Origin: Ramazzottius varieornatus
Taxonomy: Eukaryota; Animalia; Tardigrada
NCBI GenBank assembly: GCA_001949185.1
Contig: BDGG01000007.1
Span: 124,001 to 188,000, forward strand
Direction of reading: 5' to 3'
DNA length: 64,000 nt
Part shown: in pieces, positions 37,537-50,395 of the stretch
Layout: each line of letters opens with the position of its first letter
Position numbering within the stretch: position 1 is the stretch's first letter
Made by a program: the position numbers and the translations under genes
The notes under the pieces: model-generated
What the model was told of the DNA's origin: nothing
The model's database searches: none
The model's input: only the letters and a program-made list of their open reading frames with translations

Positions 37537-38295
37537 GGCTGCTCTGAAGGGAAACAAGAATCGAACAATAGGTTAATCGAATGCAACTGACAGGAATGCT
37601 ACTTCAACAGCAGCCTTCTGATTTGATGGTAAACCGTCCACAGTCCGTCAGGCTCTGAGAAAACACTTTTCTGTTCTTCTCGCCTCTACTCTTGCATTCA
37701 CGCAGGTGGATAGTCGAAAGTCAGAACACTTTCCAAGAAAGCAGCGAAGAAAATGTTTTGTGTCTTCGAAACAAACTGATTTTTGGGAGAACATTTCCTT
37801 TATCTGCTCATCGATATGCAAGGGCGGGATAGAAAACGAACTGTGTGACGTTGATACCACCCTTTGTATTACATGGACTTTGTGGTTAGGGTGTGCATCA
37901 TCTTGACGAATTACAAAGGGTACTTGTTGACACATCACCTTTACTCATGAATGGACCCTCCCGCAGCTGCTCGTATGATGCACAATTAGTGCATTTTCTA
38001 TTGCAAACTTGGAGAAATCCCAGCAAAACGAACAGAAAACATGGCTTTTACGGTATCAATGAAAGAATGTTTTCGTTTCCGTCACTTCGTCACGATAGAT
38101 AAATGACACGATTGACGAATTTCATTTTGTGGGTTTCTTCTGCACGATCCATCTTCGGACTCTTCTGGTTTCCTCTTGGAACATCTCCCTGGTTTTTGGT
38201 GGAAGACTGGGAGATAAAGGAGGATCGTTGAGCGAAACGGAAGAGCTTCTTCGAGAGGGAGGGGGCGTTGCGGCAGAGGTTTCTCCTGTGACACC

Positions 38296-39766
38296 ATGAC
38301 GGAACGCAAAGTTATCAACGTGAGTACCTTTCCCGAACTTGTCTCTCCGAAACGTCAGCACTTCTGCCGTGTATTAGGGTTTTTAGATTGATGAGTTAAA
38401 GATGGTTCTGTTTGCAGAAATACTACCCGCCGGACTTCGATCCGACGAAGCTTCCACGGCTGAAGCTTCAGAAGAATCGTCAGTTCAATGTCCGTATCAT
38501 GGCGCCTTGCAACATGAAGTATCAATTCTGTCTTCTATGTTCCCGCTACAATCTCCGTCGTGTTACAAGCAGAAGAAACTTCAACGTGTTCTGTATTTTT
38601 CTAGATGCAACACTTGCGGAGAATACATCTACAAAGGTGAAGTTTTCACTTTTAGGAAAAAGTAGAAATCATTTTCTCGATCAGTTGATTGGGTTGGTTT
38701 GATTGGTTATCTATCGTTGTTTCGACTTTACTCTTATTATGTACCAGTACTGTTTTTAATTGAAGGAAAACAAAACATCTTTCAAGTTCCTGGTCTTGTT
38801 TCACAGGCAAGAAATTCAACAGTCGACAGGAGACTGTAGACGGAGAAACCTACCTTGAGCTTCGTATATACCGGTTCTACATAAAATGTCCGCGATGCAT
38901 GTCAGAAATTACTTTCAAGGTATGAATTCAGAATCGAAAATCTGACATTCATTCGGTGATTCTTCCTTGCTCCTTTGCAGACAAATTTGGTCGAGATGGA
39001 CTACGATCTGGAGAATGGCGCGACGAGAAATTTCCAAGCTGTCCGGCTGGCGGAAATGGAGGAAGAAAGGCAAGACGAAGCTCGAGCTGAAGAAGAAAAG
39101 TCCAACCCCATGATTGCGCTGGAACGTCGCACACAAGACTCGCGCTCTGAGATGGATCGTTTAGAGGCGCTGGAAGAGATTCGCGACCTCAACATGCGCC
39201 AAGCCAACGTCAATTACGACCAAGTCATCAAGATGACGGTCGAGAAGGAAATGCAGGCGATGAAGGAACAGGAAGAAGCCGACGAGGCCTTCATCAAGTG
39301 AGAAAACCCTCACACCCTTCAGATTCAGTAGTGAAACATACGCGTGTTTTTCAGGTCGATCTTTTCAAAAGAGGAAGGGCCGGTGATCAAAAGACTGCTC
39401 GACGACGATGAGGATGACGACGACCAGCCTCGAACCTCCGCTTCGCTCACTTCTTCGTCCGGGGACTCAGCCGATATCCTCACAGCAAAGCTCGATTCCA
39501 GCGTACCCCCTTCGTCTCTCTTCAAGAAGCCGAAGATAGAAGAGAAAAAGGTGGAATCGTGGGAAAAGAGCATCGGTTCATCATCCAAGATCATTTTGAG
39601 CAGTTTAGTCAAGGTGAAACCTGCGGCTTCGACGCCTCCGGCAAGTCTTCCTGTTGTACAGAAACCTTCGAGCAGTAGTGTATCGACTAGTAAAAGTGCT
39701 GTACAGAATAGTGGTTTGAACACCTTGCTTGCTTATGGTGGAAGCGATGAGGACGACTCGAACTAG
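38296..39766 (+). CDS. YJU2: Splicing factor YJU2/CCDC94 (CWC16 family), 6 exons
   Basis: [72 protein letters not shown], coiled coil, C-terminal [11 protein letters not shown]. Confidence 0.95.
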
Positions 39767-40139
39767 AATTTCTGTTTTGATGTTTTATGTTGAATTTGAA
39801 GGAACCAGAGGTCGAACTTCGAGGCTTCTGCTGGGCAAGTGGACTAACGATTTACTTTAGCTTTTCCACATTTGTTTTATTCCCCTCTTTCCGGAAAGAG
39901 GGGAATCAATGGTAGTCTTTGCTTTCCTGAGACGTTATCGACGGCAACTCTGCCGAGATAAATGAAAACAGACCAGCCAAACAGACGTTTAAAAGGATAA
40001 GACTCTCATCATAAGAGTAAAATCAACGGGTTCACTTGTAAGAGGCGCATGATGTCATACCGTCACTGCGTCATTACTAAGGAAAAGCACAATCGTCCAT
40101 GACGTCAGTCACACCACTCAATCATTCCCATAAGTCTAT

Positions 40140-40685
40140 TTACACATCACAGGAGCCGTCTTTCCAGCCCGTTTTCCACCGTTCATCCACCTTCCGGCAG
40201 TCAAACAAAGGTTTTCCTAGTTTCTTATTAACCGTATTATGCATGCGGCACATCCACTGAGCAAAGGAGCTTTGTGAAGAGGTGTCAGGAACATTCGTCT
40301 TGAGCTCTTCTTGCAGATCTTTCGCGCAGTGCACGCAAGGGTAAAATTTGGAAAAGAGGTGCACAAAGCTCCGCATATCGGATTGCTGCTCCACGGAAGG
40401 CTTCTCCGGATATGTGGCTGCCATGGTGTGGAGGAATGACCAAGTATTCCTGCCCAGTTCATCTTTATCGACAGGACAGTCACTCCGTTGTGGACGATCG
40501 GGGCTGTCTGAGTCTGACGCAACTGTCGCGGCTGGTGACGATGGGGTGGTTGGACGTCGGGAAGAAGCTAAGTTGTCCCTCTTGTTCATGCTCTTCATCC
40601 AGGACTTGAAGCTGGTACAGGAGCGGCAGGGTCGACCATTCTCGTCCAGCGGGACATCCTCGTGGTTCTCTTTCGCCTGTCCCAT
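40140..40685 (-). CDS. GFER: FAD-linked sulfhydryl oxidase ERV1/ALR (intronless)
   Basis: Shuttle CRSC motif, [18 protein letters not shown], redox [36 protein letters not shown]. Confidence 0.96.
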   Translation of the reverse strand: MGQAKENHEDVPLDENGRPCRSCTSFKSWMKSMNKRDNLASSRRPTTPSSPAATVASDSDSPDRPQRSDCPVDKDELGRNTWSFLHTMAATYPEKPSVEQQSDMRSFVHLFSKFYPCVHCAKDLQEELKTNVPDTSSQSSFAQWMCRMHNTVNKKLGKPLFDCRKVDERWKTGWKDGSCDV

Positions 40686-40903
40686 CCGCGCTTCTCTTCC
40701 GAACAACTCTTTCGAACAACTCTTGCGAACAACTCCACGTCTCTGCTCAGAACAATCGCGCTGGCTCTTCCACACAGTGGCTCCCGCTGGGTCGATTAGA
40801 AAACTTTAGTCTCGCACTGCTATGACGGAACAGCTACAAAGTGACAAATCATCGGGAAGGGAAAGAGAAAATTGTCAGCTCATTGAGGAAAGTGCCTTAT
40901 CTT

Positions 40904-41356
40904 TAATGATGAGCATTACTCGCAGATGGTCCGTGTAATGTAAAGTGTAATGTAAAATAGTGTAATTGTAAAACTGTAATTACATTTTTACACTAGTTTA
41001 CATTTTACAGACCGAGCGGTTTGCAACGCCTAAAAGTGACAAGAAGCGACGAAAACGACGATCAGCCATGTCTATGTTTGCATAGGATATAGATCTTAGT
41101 AATTGTCTTCCAGACAAAGATAAAAATACGGTTGCAAAATGACCATACTCAGGAAGTTTCTGACATTTTTCCGCTAAGTCAGCCGAATTTTAGATTTCTG
41201 ACGGCAAAATACTCAAAAATACCGCAGATTCTGGCAGGTAAAGGTTGTAATTACATTTTGCATTTACATTACAACTTCCCCGTGGTTGTAATGTCGTGTA
41301 AAAGTGTAATTGTAATGTAAAATGTAATGTAATGTAAAATTTAATGCTCATCATTA
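40904..41356. mobile_element. hAT MITE family A, copy 1 (TGTAA subterminal repeats)
   Basis: Perfect 15-bp TIR TAATGATGAGCATTA; 8-bp TSD CTTATCTT (40896-40903 / 41357-41364). Confidence 0.92.
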
Positions 41357-41379
41357 CTTATCTTCGGGGTTGTTAATGG

Positions 41380-42011
41380 TAAGGTTGTAAATTCCAGGCC
41401 GAATGCCCTTGGAATGGAAAATAGGAAATAAATTCCTAATATTCCTATATTCCTATTTCCTCTCCAAAAGGCCCTCGCAAAAATCCAGAATGCAAAACCC
41501 CCATTTGCCAGTTTAGTTCTTTTTACATACCCATCAAAAACAGTAAACATGATCTGAAGTTATCAGAAAATGTTGGTTTTGAGACTGAGAGCCAGCTGGA
41601 GATTGGCCGATCCGAACTTTCGGTCTTGTCGGACCTGAAAGTCCAAGGGAAAATCCGGGACTTAGGCACAGTTGAACGCGCCGCATTCTTTAGTGCGACG
41701 AATCGATAATGCTATTGGTCGTTCAACCGAACGACCAATTAGCCTTAGTGGTACGCATGTAAGATCCAGCATCAGGTTCAGTTTTTCGATCAGGATCTGC
41801 TGGATCTTCGACTGTTTACCTCGTGGTATTCCCAAATTTTCTGCTGTTGCTAGTTTTCATTTTTACTAGCTAGTTTTTCTAGCTACTCCGATCTTTGCTA
41901 GTTTCCTAGATGGTAATTCCACCGTTCCAAACAGCTACCTCTTGGAACGGAACGGAATTCCAGGAATGGAACGGAATTGGAAAGGATTGGAATTAGGACT
42001 TTACAACCTTA
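41380..42011. mobile_element. hAT MITE C (GGAAT repeats) inserted 15 bp inside the left end of B
   Basis: TIR TAAGGTTGTAAA(T/G)TCC; TSD GTTAATGG / GTTCATGG. Confidence 0.88.
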
Positions 42012-42365
42012 GTTCATGGATGGTTAAATGGTTAAACGGATGGATGGGCGGGTGGATGGAACTATAGAGATTAAGTTGCTACTCCCGTTCACTTTGCAAC
42101 TGTAGCTACGGCCTCCCTCCGCCCCTTTCGTGACGTGTAACTACATTTTGCTTTCCGGAGCTCCCCTTATTTTCGAAAAATAGCGTAATCGGAGTTACGG
42201 TTGGCTGGCATTGGGAAGCAAGGTGGCTGCCCAGCTATTCAAAGTTCTGATCAGCTGCTGCGCTTATGAGTGACGTTGCAACTCGTCTTACAGTGGGACT
42301 TTCATCTGGTGCTGCCAACTTAATGTCTGTACTGTCAACCGGATTGTCGTTGGATGGATGGGATC

Positions 42366-42985
42366 TGGTGCTGGCAACGATACGGTATACCGACATCGTA
42401 TCGAAATATATTGAATCTTTGCGATAAAATATGCGGCAGATATCGTATCGAAAAGATCCATATGAAGCTTATATCGAATAACGCAATGAAACATTCGGCA
42501 ATATCGTATCGCGCCGCATCGACATACTATCGTTATATCGGTATTTTGCTGAATGGCAGACTCGCCAATGATATCTCGTTACAGAAGACCATGGTTGATT
42601 TCGGAGACTTGATTTTAGCCATGGTGTACCGAGCACACTCCGCCCATTTGGCTCTGGTTCTAATTCTGTCCAGGTTTCCATGTGTTTTAAATCTTGGTGT
42701 AGTTACGTCTCTGCTGCATCCGACGCTCTCGATCTTACTAGTACTTGATGTGGAAAACGGCTTCTTGAGTTTTTGGGCTTTAACCAGTGGAATTCCGAAA
42801 AACTATAATTCCAGAAATATCGATATACCTCTGCTATATGACACGATATATCGAAAATACGGTGTCGGAAAAATTTCGTATCGAAATATCAACATCGAAT
42901 GAATATCGAAGACCGCAATAACATGTCCGTCGATATCGTTTCGAAAAATATTGTATCGAATTTTATCGTATTTTCGCCAGTGCTA
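42366..42985. mobile_element. hAT-like MITE E (TATCG repeats) inside B
   Basis: Imperfect TIR TGGTGCTGGCAACGATACG vs TAGCACTGGCGAAAATACG, dense ATATCG/TATCGA arrays at both ends, GGATCT on both flanks (degenerate TSD). Confidence 0.65.
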
Positions 42986-43478
42986 ATGGATCTCCATCCG
43001 GATGGTTGATGAATGGATGGATGGGTCACCTCTCCGGATGATCCGATTTCCAACCGGATACCGCGCTGAATTGTTTAAATAACTCGAAATGAAAATTTCT
43101 GCCAGACGGGAGCTTGAAATGGTCGTTTCGAGATGCCGACTTCAGCAACCTGTTTGTGTTTGATCGGACCTCGGGTTTTCGAAAAGGAACAAAGTCAGAT
43201 ACGCTCTAAACTTTGATCGATTTTCGTTTGGTGAGCTGCTGTAAGTCCCTGTCCAAGCCATGGTTGTATCCGGATAGAAAGTTGGATGGATGGAAGACCC
43301 ATCCGGATTGCGTCCGGATGGATGGGATTTCTATCCGGTTGGACGATGGATGGATGGGAAGCTCAACCAATCCGATTTCTATCCGAATCGATCCGGATCC
43401 ATCCGCGGTCGGATTGGATTTTAACAACCCTAGTTATCTTTAGATCTGTCTGAGCATCCAATCACAGTGGGATACGGG

Positions 43479-44189
43479 TAGTGGTGGGATAAATTTGATA
43501 TATCATATTTTATCGAAATATATCACATCAGAATGATTAAATACGCCAACAATACAATATCGAAACATCGATATGGACGGGATATCGCTGAGTGGAATAT
43601 GATGACTGAAAATATCATATCGCGGTATATCGATATGTCATTGATATATCGATTAATCTCAAACCAGCACCGAAAATCAATGCTCCGCTCCGAGGTTGCG
43701 CAGGCAGCGAAGCCTCGTCCGTTTTACATCACGCACTTATATCCATCTCTACTTCGGCAAAGTATACAGTCACCGTACCTAGGTGCGCGACGACAGACAT
43801 TGATAGATTGAGCACCGTGCAAACCCAACTTCACAGTTGTCCGCGGACTCGCTGCGGCTCGCATAATCTGGCTTCTATGCCAATTTCCTAACTTTTCATC
43901 GATTATGTTGGTGTCGTGAAATCCGGATTCTGACTTGAATCTGGCTGGAATGCAGGGTCCGATCAGTCTGTTGGTTCCTTGTCGGCTCTCCTTGTTTTCA
44001 ATAATCTTAACCTGTACCAGCCTTGATATCGATATGTCACCGGAGTCAAATCCGATACGTCGAAAATAAAATATCAGAAACTTATACTATCGAAATATCA
44101 ATACGTTTTTGATATCGAAAGCAAATATCAATATTGAAAGACATTTATCACAAAATATTTCATATTTGATCGTATCTATCCCAGCACTA
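43479..44189. mobile_element. hAT MITE F (ATATCG repeats)
   Basis: TIR TAGTG(G/C)TGGGATA; perfect 8-bp TSD GATACGGG (43471-43478 / 44190-44197). Confidence 0.9.
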
Positions 44190-44410
44190 GATACGGGTAG
44201 TGATGTTGGCATATATGAATATTATACTAAATTAGAACTTATTGGCATATATGAATACTATATGAAATTAGGAATTATTAGATGCTTTTGCATCTAATAT
44301 ATATTATGTTAACGTTTATTAGATGCCTCGACGGAGGTAGGATTTGTATTAGTATTAAATTAGATGGAAGCCAGAGCTGAATATATCATATTAAGATCAA
44401 CTCGCAGGGC

Positions 44411-45410
44411 TAAGGTTGTTAATGGATGGATAAACGGTTAAATGGATGGATAAGCGGATGGATAAGAACTTTTCTGGAAACCATTTGGATGGATAAAAAG
44501 TTTATCCGTATCCAGCTTCTTGGATAAAACTTTTATCCGGATTATCCGAATATTATCCGGTTAAACAAATAAGATACAAATTATATGTTCAATCACTAGA
44601 GCCAAACCGAAACTGACAAACTTTGTAGCGTATTTATTCATCATCTGTCATCATTGCTACCATAGCTTCACTAACCACCGTCCAAGAGTTCAGACATAAC
44701 ATGGCTTGAAGGGCCTCAGGTTCTAGGCGGTTACGAAGGACTGTAACGTATCGACCACCACCAGAGAATGCACTCACAGAAGGCACAGAAGAAGCCTGTG
44801 CAACCAGAGCATCCTTCGCAATGCGGTACAATGTCAGATAGCGCCTTTCCGACATACTCCAGAATTCTAGGACATCTCTTTTGACTGATTCCTTCGGATC
44901 CGGGAAGAACTGGTCAACTTCGTTAAGCTGGCTTGCGAAGTGACTTGCGCCATCATCCGTTCGCGGATAGACAGCTGCGTATTCGGAGGTGAAGCAGTAG
45001 ATTTCTCGGCAATATCGGAACTTCCTCTCTGGCTGTAATAAAAACGATTTACAAACAGCACGAGCTATAGTTCGTAAGAACGGAAGAGGGTAACGAGAAG
45101 CAATGTTCAATAAGCCGACTTCCGGTAGGCTTGTAACAGTAGAGAGATTGCGCGTCGTTACGATTCTTTCAGACTGCTACGTAACGTTAGCAAGACGAGT
45201 TGAGCTGTTCTGCTTTGATTGTCTGTTTCATTGAGTCAGGTAGGTTTATCCGGATAAACCTCGTATGGATAGAGATGTTATCCGGATGATATCCGGATGG
45301 ATAAGAGTTTTATCCGATTAGGAGCTGGATGGATAACATTCTTATCCAATCCATGTTTTATCCGGATATATCCGGATAAATCCGTTGTGGATGGATAATT
45401 AACATCCCTA
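44411..45410 (-). mobile_element. Internally deleted hAT element D (GGATA repeats) retaining the transposase C-terminal dimerisation domain (~44634-44960)
   Basis: TIR TAAGGTTGTTAAT / ATTAACATCCCTA; perfect TSD CGCAGGGC; protein remnant VLEFW..YLTLYRIAKDALVAQASSVPSVSAFS..RNRLEPEALQAMLCLNSW. Confidence 0.92.
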
Positions 45411-45765
45411 CGCAGGGCGCTCCGTATAAGAATTATTAATATACGATTTCGGCTTCGGCTGATTAAATAAGGCTTGATTTGCGCCAAGCGAAAGCGCGAC
45501 TCTGCACAGTGCGCCGTTCGATTGGATCATAACGCATCCCGCACCTGCACATCATCGTATATTGATCAATGTCCAGGGCAATACATTGGTTGCCAACTTC
45601 GTTTGATTGGATAGTGTGAGTTCATGAGTCTGGCGATCCACCTGCATACTCATAATGCTCATTGCTGAATGCGAGGCTGTCTGCTTTTCCAGGTTTTGTT
45701 TTGCGCTTTCGAACGCTATGTGTGTGGTTTCTGTAAGAATTGCAGAATATTATGAGGATAACAGC

Positions 45766-48065
45766 ATGGCTGGAAAAGAAGAGAGTTGCCCCATCGTCAA
45801 GCTGAAGAGAGCAGCCGACAAAGACCGCTGGGAGTCGGAAGAGGTGACAAAGGGAGCTGCAGTCAGTCCAGCCATCATCGACACCGTCAGCTCTGACGAA
45901 GGATCCGAATCGTCTGACGACGCTGAAGCCCCGTCGACGACTCTCTCGTTAGCCCTGTTCACCAAACCACCCCCAGAAAAAAAACGCGAACGTTCTGGAG
46001 AACCGAAGAAGAAATCAACGCTGTGGTCTTTCTACGTGAGCGACGAGGAGAAGGGAACAACAACCTGTCTTGCCTGTACGTACGTCACGCCGGACGGACA
46101 TACCGGAAGCTGTAAGCCATCTGAGAAACAACCATAAGGATGTCTTCCTCAAGTTCGAGGAAACCGAAAGAGTCCGTAAAGACACCGCGCAGAAGCCTGT
46201 GAACTCGACTAGTGCAAAGACGTTCTTCCAATCCCAATTAAGTTGGAGTCGTCGGATCCATATCCGGTGGGAAGTCCCAGGTACAACCTACAGTTTTTGG
46301 TTAGAGGGGACTTCCCGTTTTACTGTAAGATATACCGTATTACGTTTATGTTCCATACTTTCAGATACCGAACAATCCTGCGAGAACGTGCCTTGTGGTG
46401 TCTTCGAACTACAGCCACTCCTACTCTCTGTGAAAATCCTACAGCGCAGCGTTTGTTTCTCAAGTACGACCATGGCGCTTCTACCATCGGAAGATACGCC
46501 ATCAACACTAAAATGGATAGTGTTCGGACTGCTGGTGGCCAAGATGAAAGGCTTTCTGAGACGCGCGAATAAAATTGCGCTTGCCGCGGGTAAATGCTTG
46601 CTTTACCATTACACTGTTTACTTTGCGAATTTTATGTCGTACTCTGATTGCGTTTGTTCGTTAGACATCGGGACGAAAAAGGCCATGACAGAGTCTTTCC
46701 TTGGAATGACTGCTCGATTTTACGATCCGGAGACCAAGGCCATGCATTCCATGAAGATCGCCTGTCGTTCTTTCCCTCTCCACATACGGCGGTTAGAGTG
46801 TACGAGTTAATCGTGGAAAGCTGTGAAATCCCCCTTCGAAAGTGTCAGCTGTTTTGACGGACAATGGGTCGAACATGGTCGCCGCGTACAGGTATTTTAT
46901 CCTTATCCGACAATTTCCACCGGAGAGCTCGTCCAAAAAAACGAAACTCACCCTGATTGCCGATGTCTCTACTTGATGGAACTCTACACTGCTTTTTCTT
47001 AAGCGTCTTTACCAGCTCAAGGACTTTGTGCAGGACATCATGTCGAAGCACCTCAAAATTCCGTGCCTCACGCCGGGTGAATGGGTGACTGTGAGCTTCA
47101 TCATCAAGCTTCTCAAAAAGTTTAGTACGGTAATAAACTTCAATAAAGTTAACACAAGCAAGTCTGGCCCTAGACACTTTACCACGATGTCTTACTTATG
47201 GTTGGTTTTTGCAGGTGACGGATCAGCGCCGAGAAGACAGCCACCATTCATCGCGTGTACTACTCGGTTATTGGTCTGGTGCGCCATTCGGAGTCCATCC
47301 GTCACACATTGCTCAGAGTTGATTTTGCGGATTACGGGAAGAAGAACCCATTTGATCAGCTGAACCTTAGACGGGAAAGTTCCCTTCTGTAAGCTAAAAC
47401 TGGCTTTCGTTACCAAGCTAATTTCATGCAGGTGAAATTGGCTATCACGTCAGAGTTGGATCGGGTCCTCGGGTCCACCATTAACGAGTTGAATCCAAAC
47501 GTCGATGCTATTTACTTGGTCGGAACTTTCCTCCACAAGACGGTGCGATTCGCTCTCACTGCCAGGGACAAAAGCCTGGCTTCGAGATGGCTGGTGATCA
47601 AGAACGCCGAGTGGTATACTGAAGTACAAAAGGGTAAGGACCCGCTGAACGTATTTCTAATTCCTCAATTTTTAATAACGGTTTTTCTTATGTATAGGTC
47701 AAGATGGCGATAGTGCGGGCGAACCGCAGAGAAGAACTTCCGGTCGTGACGACAAACTTGACTTCTTCATCATTGCTGAAAGTGAAACGGTTGCTTCGAA
47801 GTCTCCTGTAGAACTGAAGATTCAGTCCTACATGGAAATACCCATGTGTTCGACAGACCAAATCGACAGCAATCCGGAAAAATTCTGGATCTCTGCAAGC
47901 GGAAAGTTTTCCTCTTTTGAGTCGCCTCGCACTCGACCTACTGGCGATTCAAGCTGCATCGAGTGCGCTGGAGTGCATTTTCGCCAGAGCCACCCTATCA
48001 ACCATAGGGAAAGCGAACAGACTGGCTGGACGCCATTTGGAAAGAAAAGTGCTCTGTCTGCGTAA
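45766..48065 (+). pseudogene. hAT transposase of element G (intron-containing, frameshifted)
   Basis: BED finger (STLWSF..TCLAC..HLRNNH), SFLGMTARF, PHTA, LTDNGSNM, and a C-terminal PEKFW..LALDLLAIQAASSALECIF..NRL split over frames. Confidence 0.85.
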
Positions 48066-48283
48066 CACTGCCTATCTTTCTGGCAAAGATGACTAATTTG
48101 TTTCGGTGGTTTTTTTTGCTCGACGGTTCGAAGATAATTTCTTGGAAGAGTTTTGATCTATCTGTTGCTGGATCTAGAGATTTGGTCAATTGAAAAAGTG
48201 AGTAAGGAGGAAAGTTCCCTGGTTTCGGTAACACCAAAGCGATGTTAGGACTGAGGAGGAAAGTTCCCTTGCTCTGCTCACAC

Positions 48284-48692
48284 TAATGATGACCATTATA
48301 TTTTACATTACACTACATTTCACATTACAATTACACTTTTACACGACATTATAACCGCCGGGAAGTTTTAATGTAATCGCAAAATGTAATTACAAGTTTT
48401 AAGCCGAAAATCTGTGGTATATTTGAGCGTTTTGCCGCGAAAAATCTAAACCCGGCTGATTTGCGTGGGACAATTGTGAAAAACTTCGTCAATATGGCCA
48501 TTTTGTAACCTTATGTCTATTGCAACCCGTATTTTTTTACTCGCTCCATATCACTTCTATACGTTATAAACTACTCGGTTTGTCAAATTTGAACTGGAGT
48601 AAAATGTAATTACAATTTCAAAATATAATTACTATTCTACCATTACACTATTTTACATTACAATTTGCGTGTACCGGTAATGCTCATCACTA
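48284..48692. mobile_element. hAT MITE family A, copy 2 (opposite orientation to A1), inside the right end of G
   Basis: TIR TAATGATGACCATTA / TAATGCTCATCACTA; perfect TSD GCTCACAC; internal similarity to 40904-41356. Confidence 0.92.
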
Positions 48693-49195
48693 GCTCACAC
48701 ACGGATCAGAAATATGATATTACATTATAATAAGCACCCGACGAAACAAGTTGATATATTAACATCGTATTACATGCTCCGAGGTCGCCGCATATTGTAT
48801 TAAGATTATATTGAAACTCTGGCAGCTCGGCTTTATCAGATCAAAATTATATTAGGTCGGGATTCCCTTATGCCAACATCACTAGATACGGGGCGCAGTA
48901 GTTGACACTACGACCCAATCAACAGTCAAATGTATGATGCACGGCGCACGCCACGGAATTGCAGACCGTGATGACGTATTGCGTGAGCAAACTGGAAAAT
49001 CTTGAATGCGACTCTACGGGTGCGGAAGCATTGTTCCTGACACCTAACCCAGTCGAATCCCTGATACCTACGTTTCGAATCTTCTAGGTGACATCGTAAA
49101 GTTACCATAACTCGAATTTTCACTGGCGAGAATACAAAAGCGGCATTATACAGTATGCGAAATCGCCCTGGTTCGTGGCATAGCTACAATGTAGG

Positions 49196-49940
49196 TTACC
49201 AACTCACCGCAGGATGAAGTTCCTTGCTTCTGCCAGTGTTTGCTGACTTTGATTCTCTAAGCCCCATGTAAAGACGTAGGACTTTATGAATTCCAATGGT
49301 CGGCGTTCTTTTCTCGTTAGTTTGATCGAGCTTTATGAAACCATAACGCAATTGTTCTGATGTACCTGACATTCAGCGATCTACACGTAATTGAGGTCGT
49401 GAGAGGAATAACGGTTAACGTTGGCATTGCTCGGAATATCATTCTTGACTACAAAACCCAGAGACGGATATGTTTCAAACTTTAGCCTACAGCGGAAGCA
49501 ACTCAGTCGGCAGCGCTGCTACATCATTTCTTTCTGGGACGAATACCCCGACAACGGTCCTTTCCAGCGCTAGGAAACAAGGTTTTACTTCTGGTCAAGT
49601 ACTACGGTATATTTTATAGGAAGGACTTACTCATCGTCAGAAGATTGCTAAATGTGTATTCCGCTATGAAAACAGTATCCATACAGACAGCGCTGACTTG
49701 ACGGGTACGAAACAGACTCTCAGCGGGCACATTGCAAGACTCCCGGCTATCGCAGGCTACGTGGATAGCGTGAAGAGCTAGCGAGCCGGAACAAAGGGCG
49801 TTGCTGATGGGTTGCCGCTGAAGGTACTTTTGCTGGACGCACTCGATAACCTGGTGCTAACATTCTTCAGGTGAAACATCAAATCAGATGGACAGGCGAA
49901 AGTTGCGTTCTGGCCTTCTGGAATGATCTAGCTTTCGTCC
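49196..49940 (-). pseudogene. SUEL-lectin-like paralogue 4 (pseudogene; not in the ORF track)
   Basis: *IIPEGQNATFACPSDLMFHLKNVS..(frameshift)..LCSGSLALHAIHVACDSRESCNVPAESLF..C..EY, with the same donor position as its paralogues. Candidate last exon ends KELHPAVSW*. Confidence 0.75.
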
Positions 49941-50395
49941 TGTAAATTTATTGTAAAGTTATTGATTGGGGGCAATCGACCGTGCTGTGTCATCTCGATT
50001 ACTTGCCTACTCTCCGGTACACGTTGGGTGAATATGTCGAATATCGAATGTTGCCATACCAGACGTCCCGCGGTGCTGAGCACGGGCTTCCGGCTCCGTT
50101 GTCATCGGTGTTCGACATCATTTGACAGAGAGCAATACAGCACACGCAACTACTCGTTTTTTGGTGATTGAAAGTTTAATGACACGTACGTTTCGCGAAT
50201 TCTGCGACTATTGCGCCTTTTGCGACCAATAGAAATCCGAGATGAATTTATCGAGTTCACTGTGAAAGCACCAAATTACATTGCACAACGTACGGGATGA
50301 GGTTTCAGCATCTATCAGAGACTCTAAAATAGTTCGTGGATCAGCAAGGTCTTCAGAATTCAATTTAGAGAATTTAGGCATTCGGATAGTTACAG

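Larger units (their letters stand above)
41365..43432. mobile_element. Non-autonomous hAT element B (GGATG repeats), host of elements C and E
   Basis: Ends (CG)GGGTTGTTAA / TTAACAACCCTA, flanked by CTTATCTT / GTTATCTT, the same target site as A1. Confidence 0.8.
44198..48884 (+). mobile_element. Full-length but decayed hAT transposon G, host of D and A2
   Basis: Perfect 16-bp TIR TAGTGATGTTGGCATA; TSD GATACGGG (44190-44197 / 48885-48892), the same target as F; internal transposase. Confidence 0.92.

Noticed and set aside
40686-40775. GTG-initiated N-terminal extension of ERV1 in the ORF track
   Set aside because: A bacterial start-codon artefact; the first ATG at 40685 gives a normal short ALR/ERV1.
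42354-42902. 182-aa ORF
   Set aside because: Lies within AT-rich MITE E; composition reflects TATCG repeats and has no domain motifs.
40920-48860. Dense short repeats as a CRISPR array or satellite
   Set aside because: No constant repeat-spacer period; the motifs are subterminal arrays inside TIR/TSD-bounded hAT elements.
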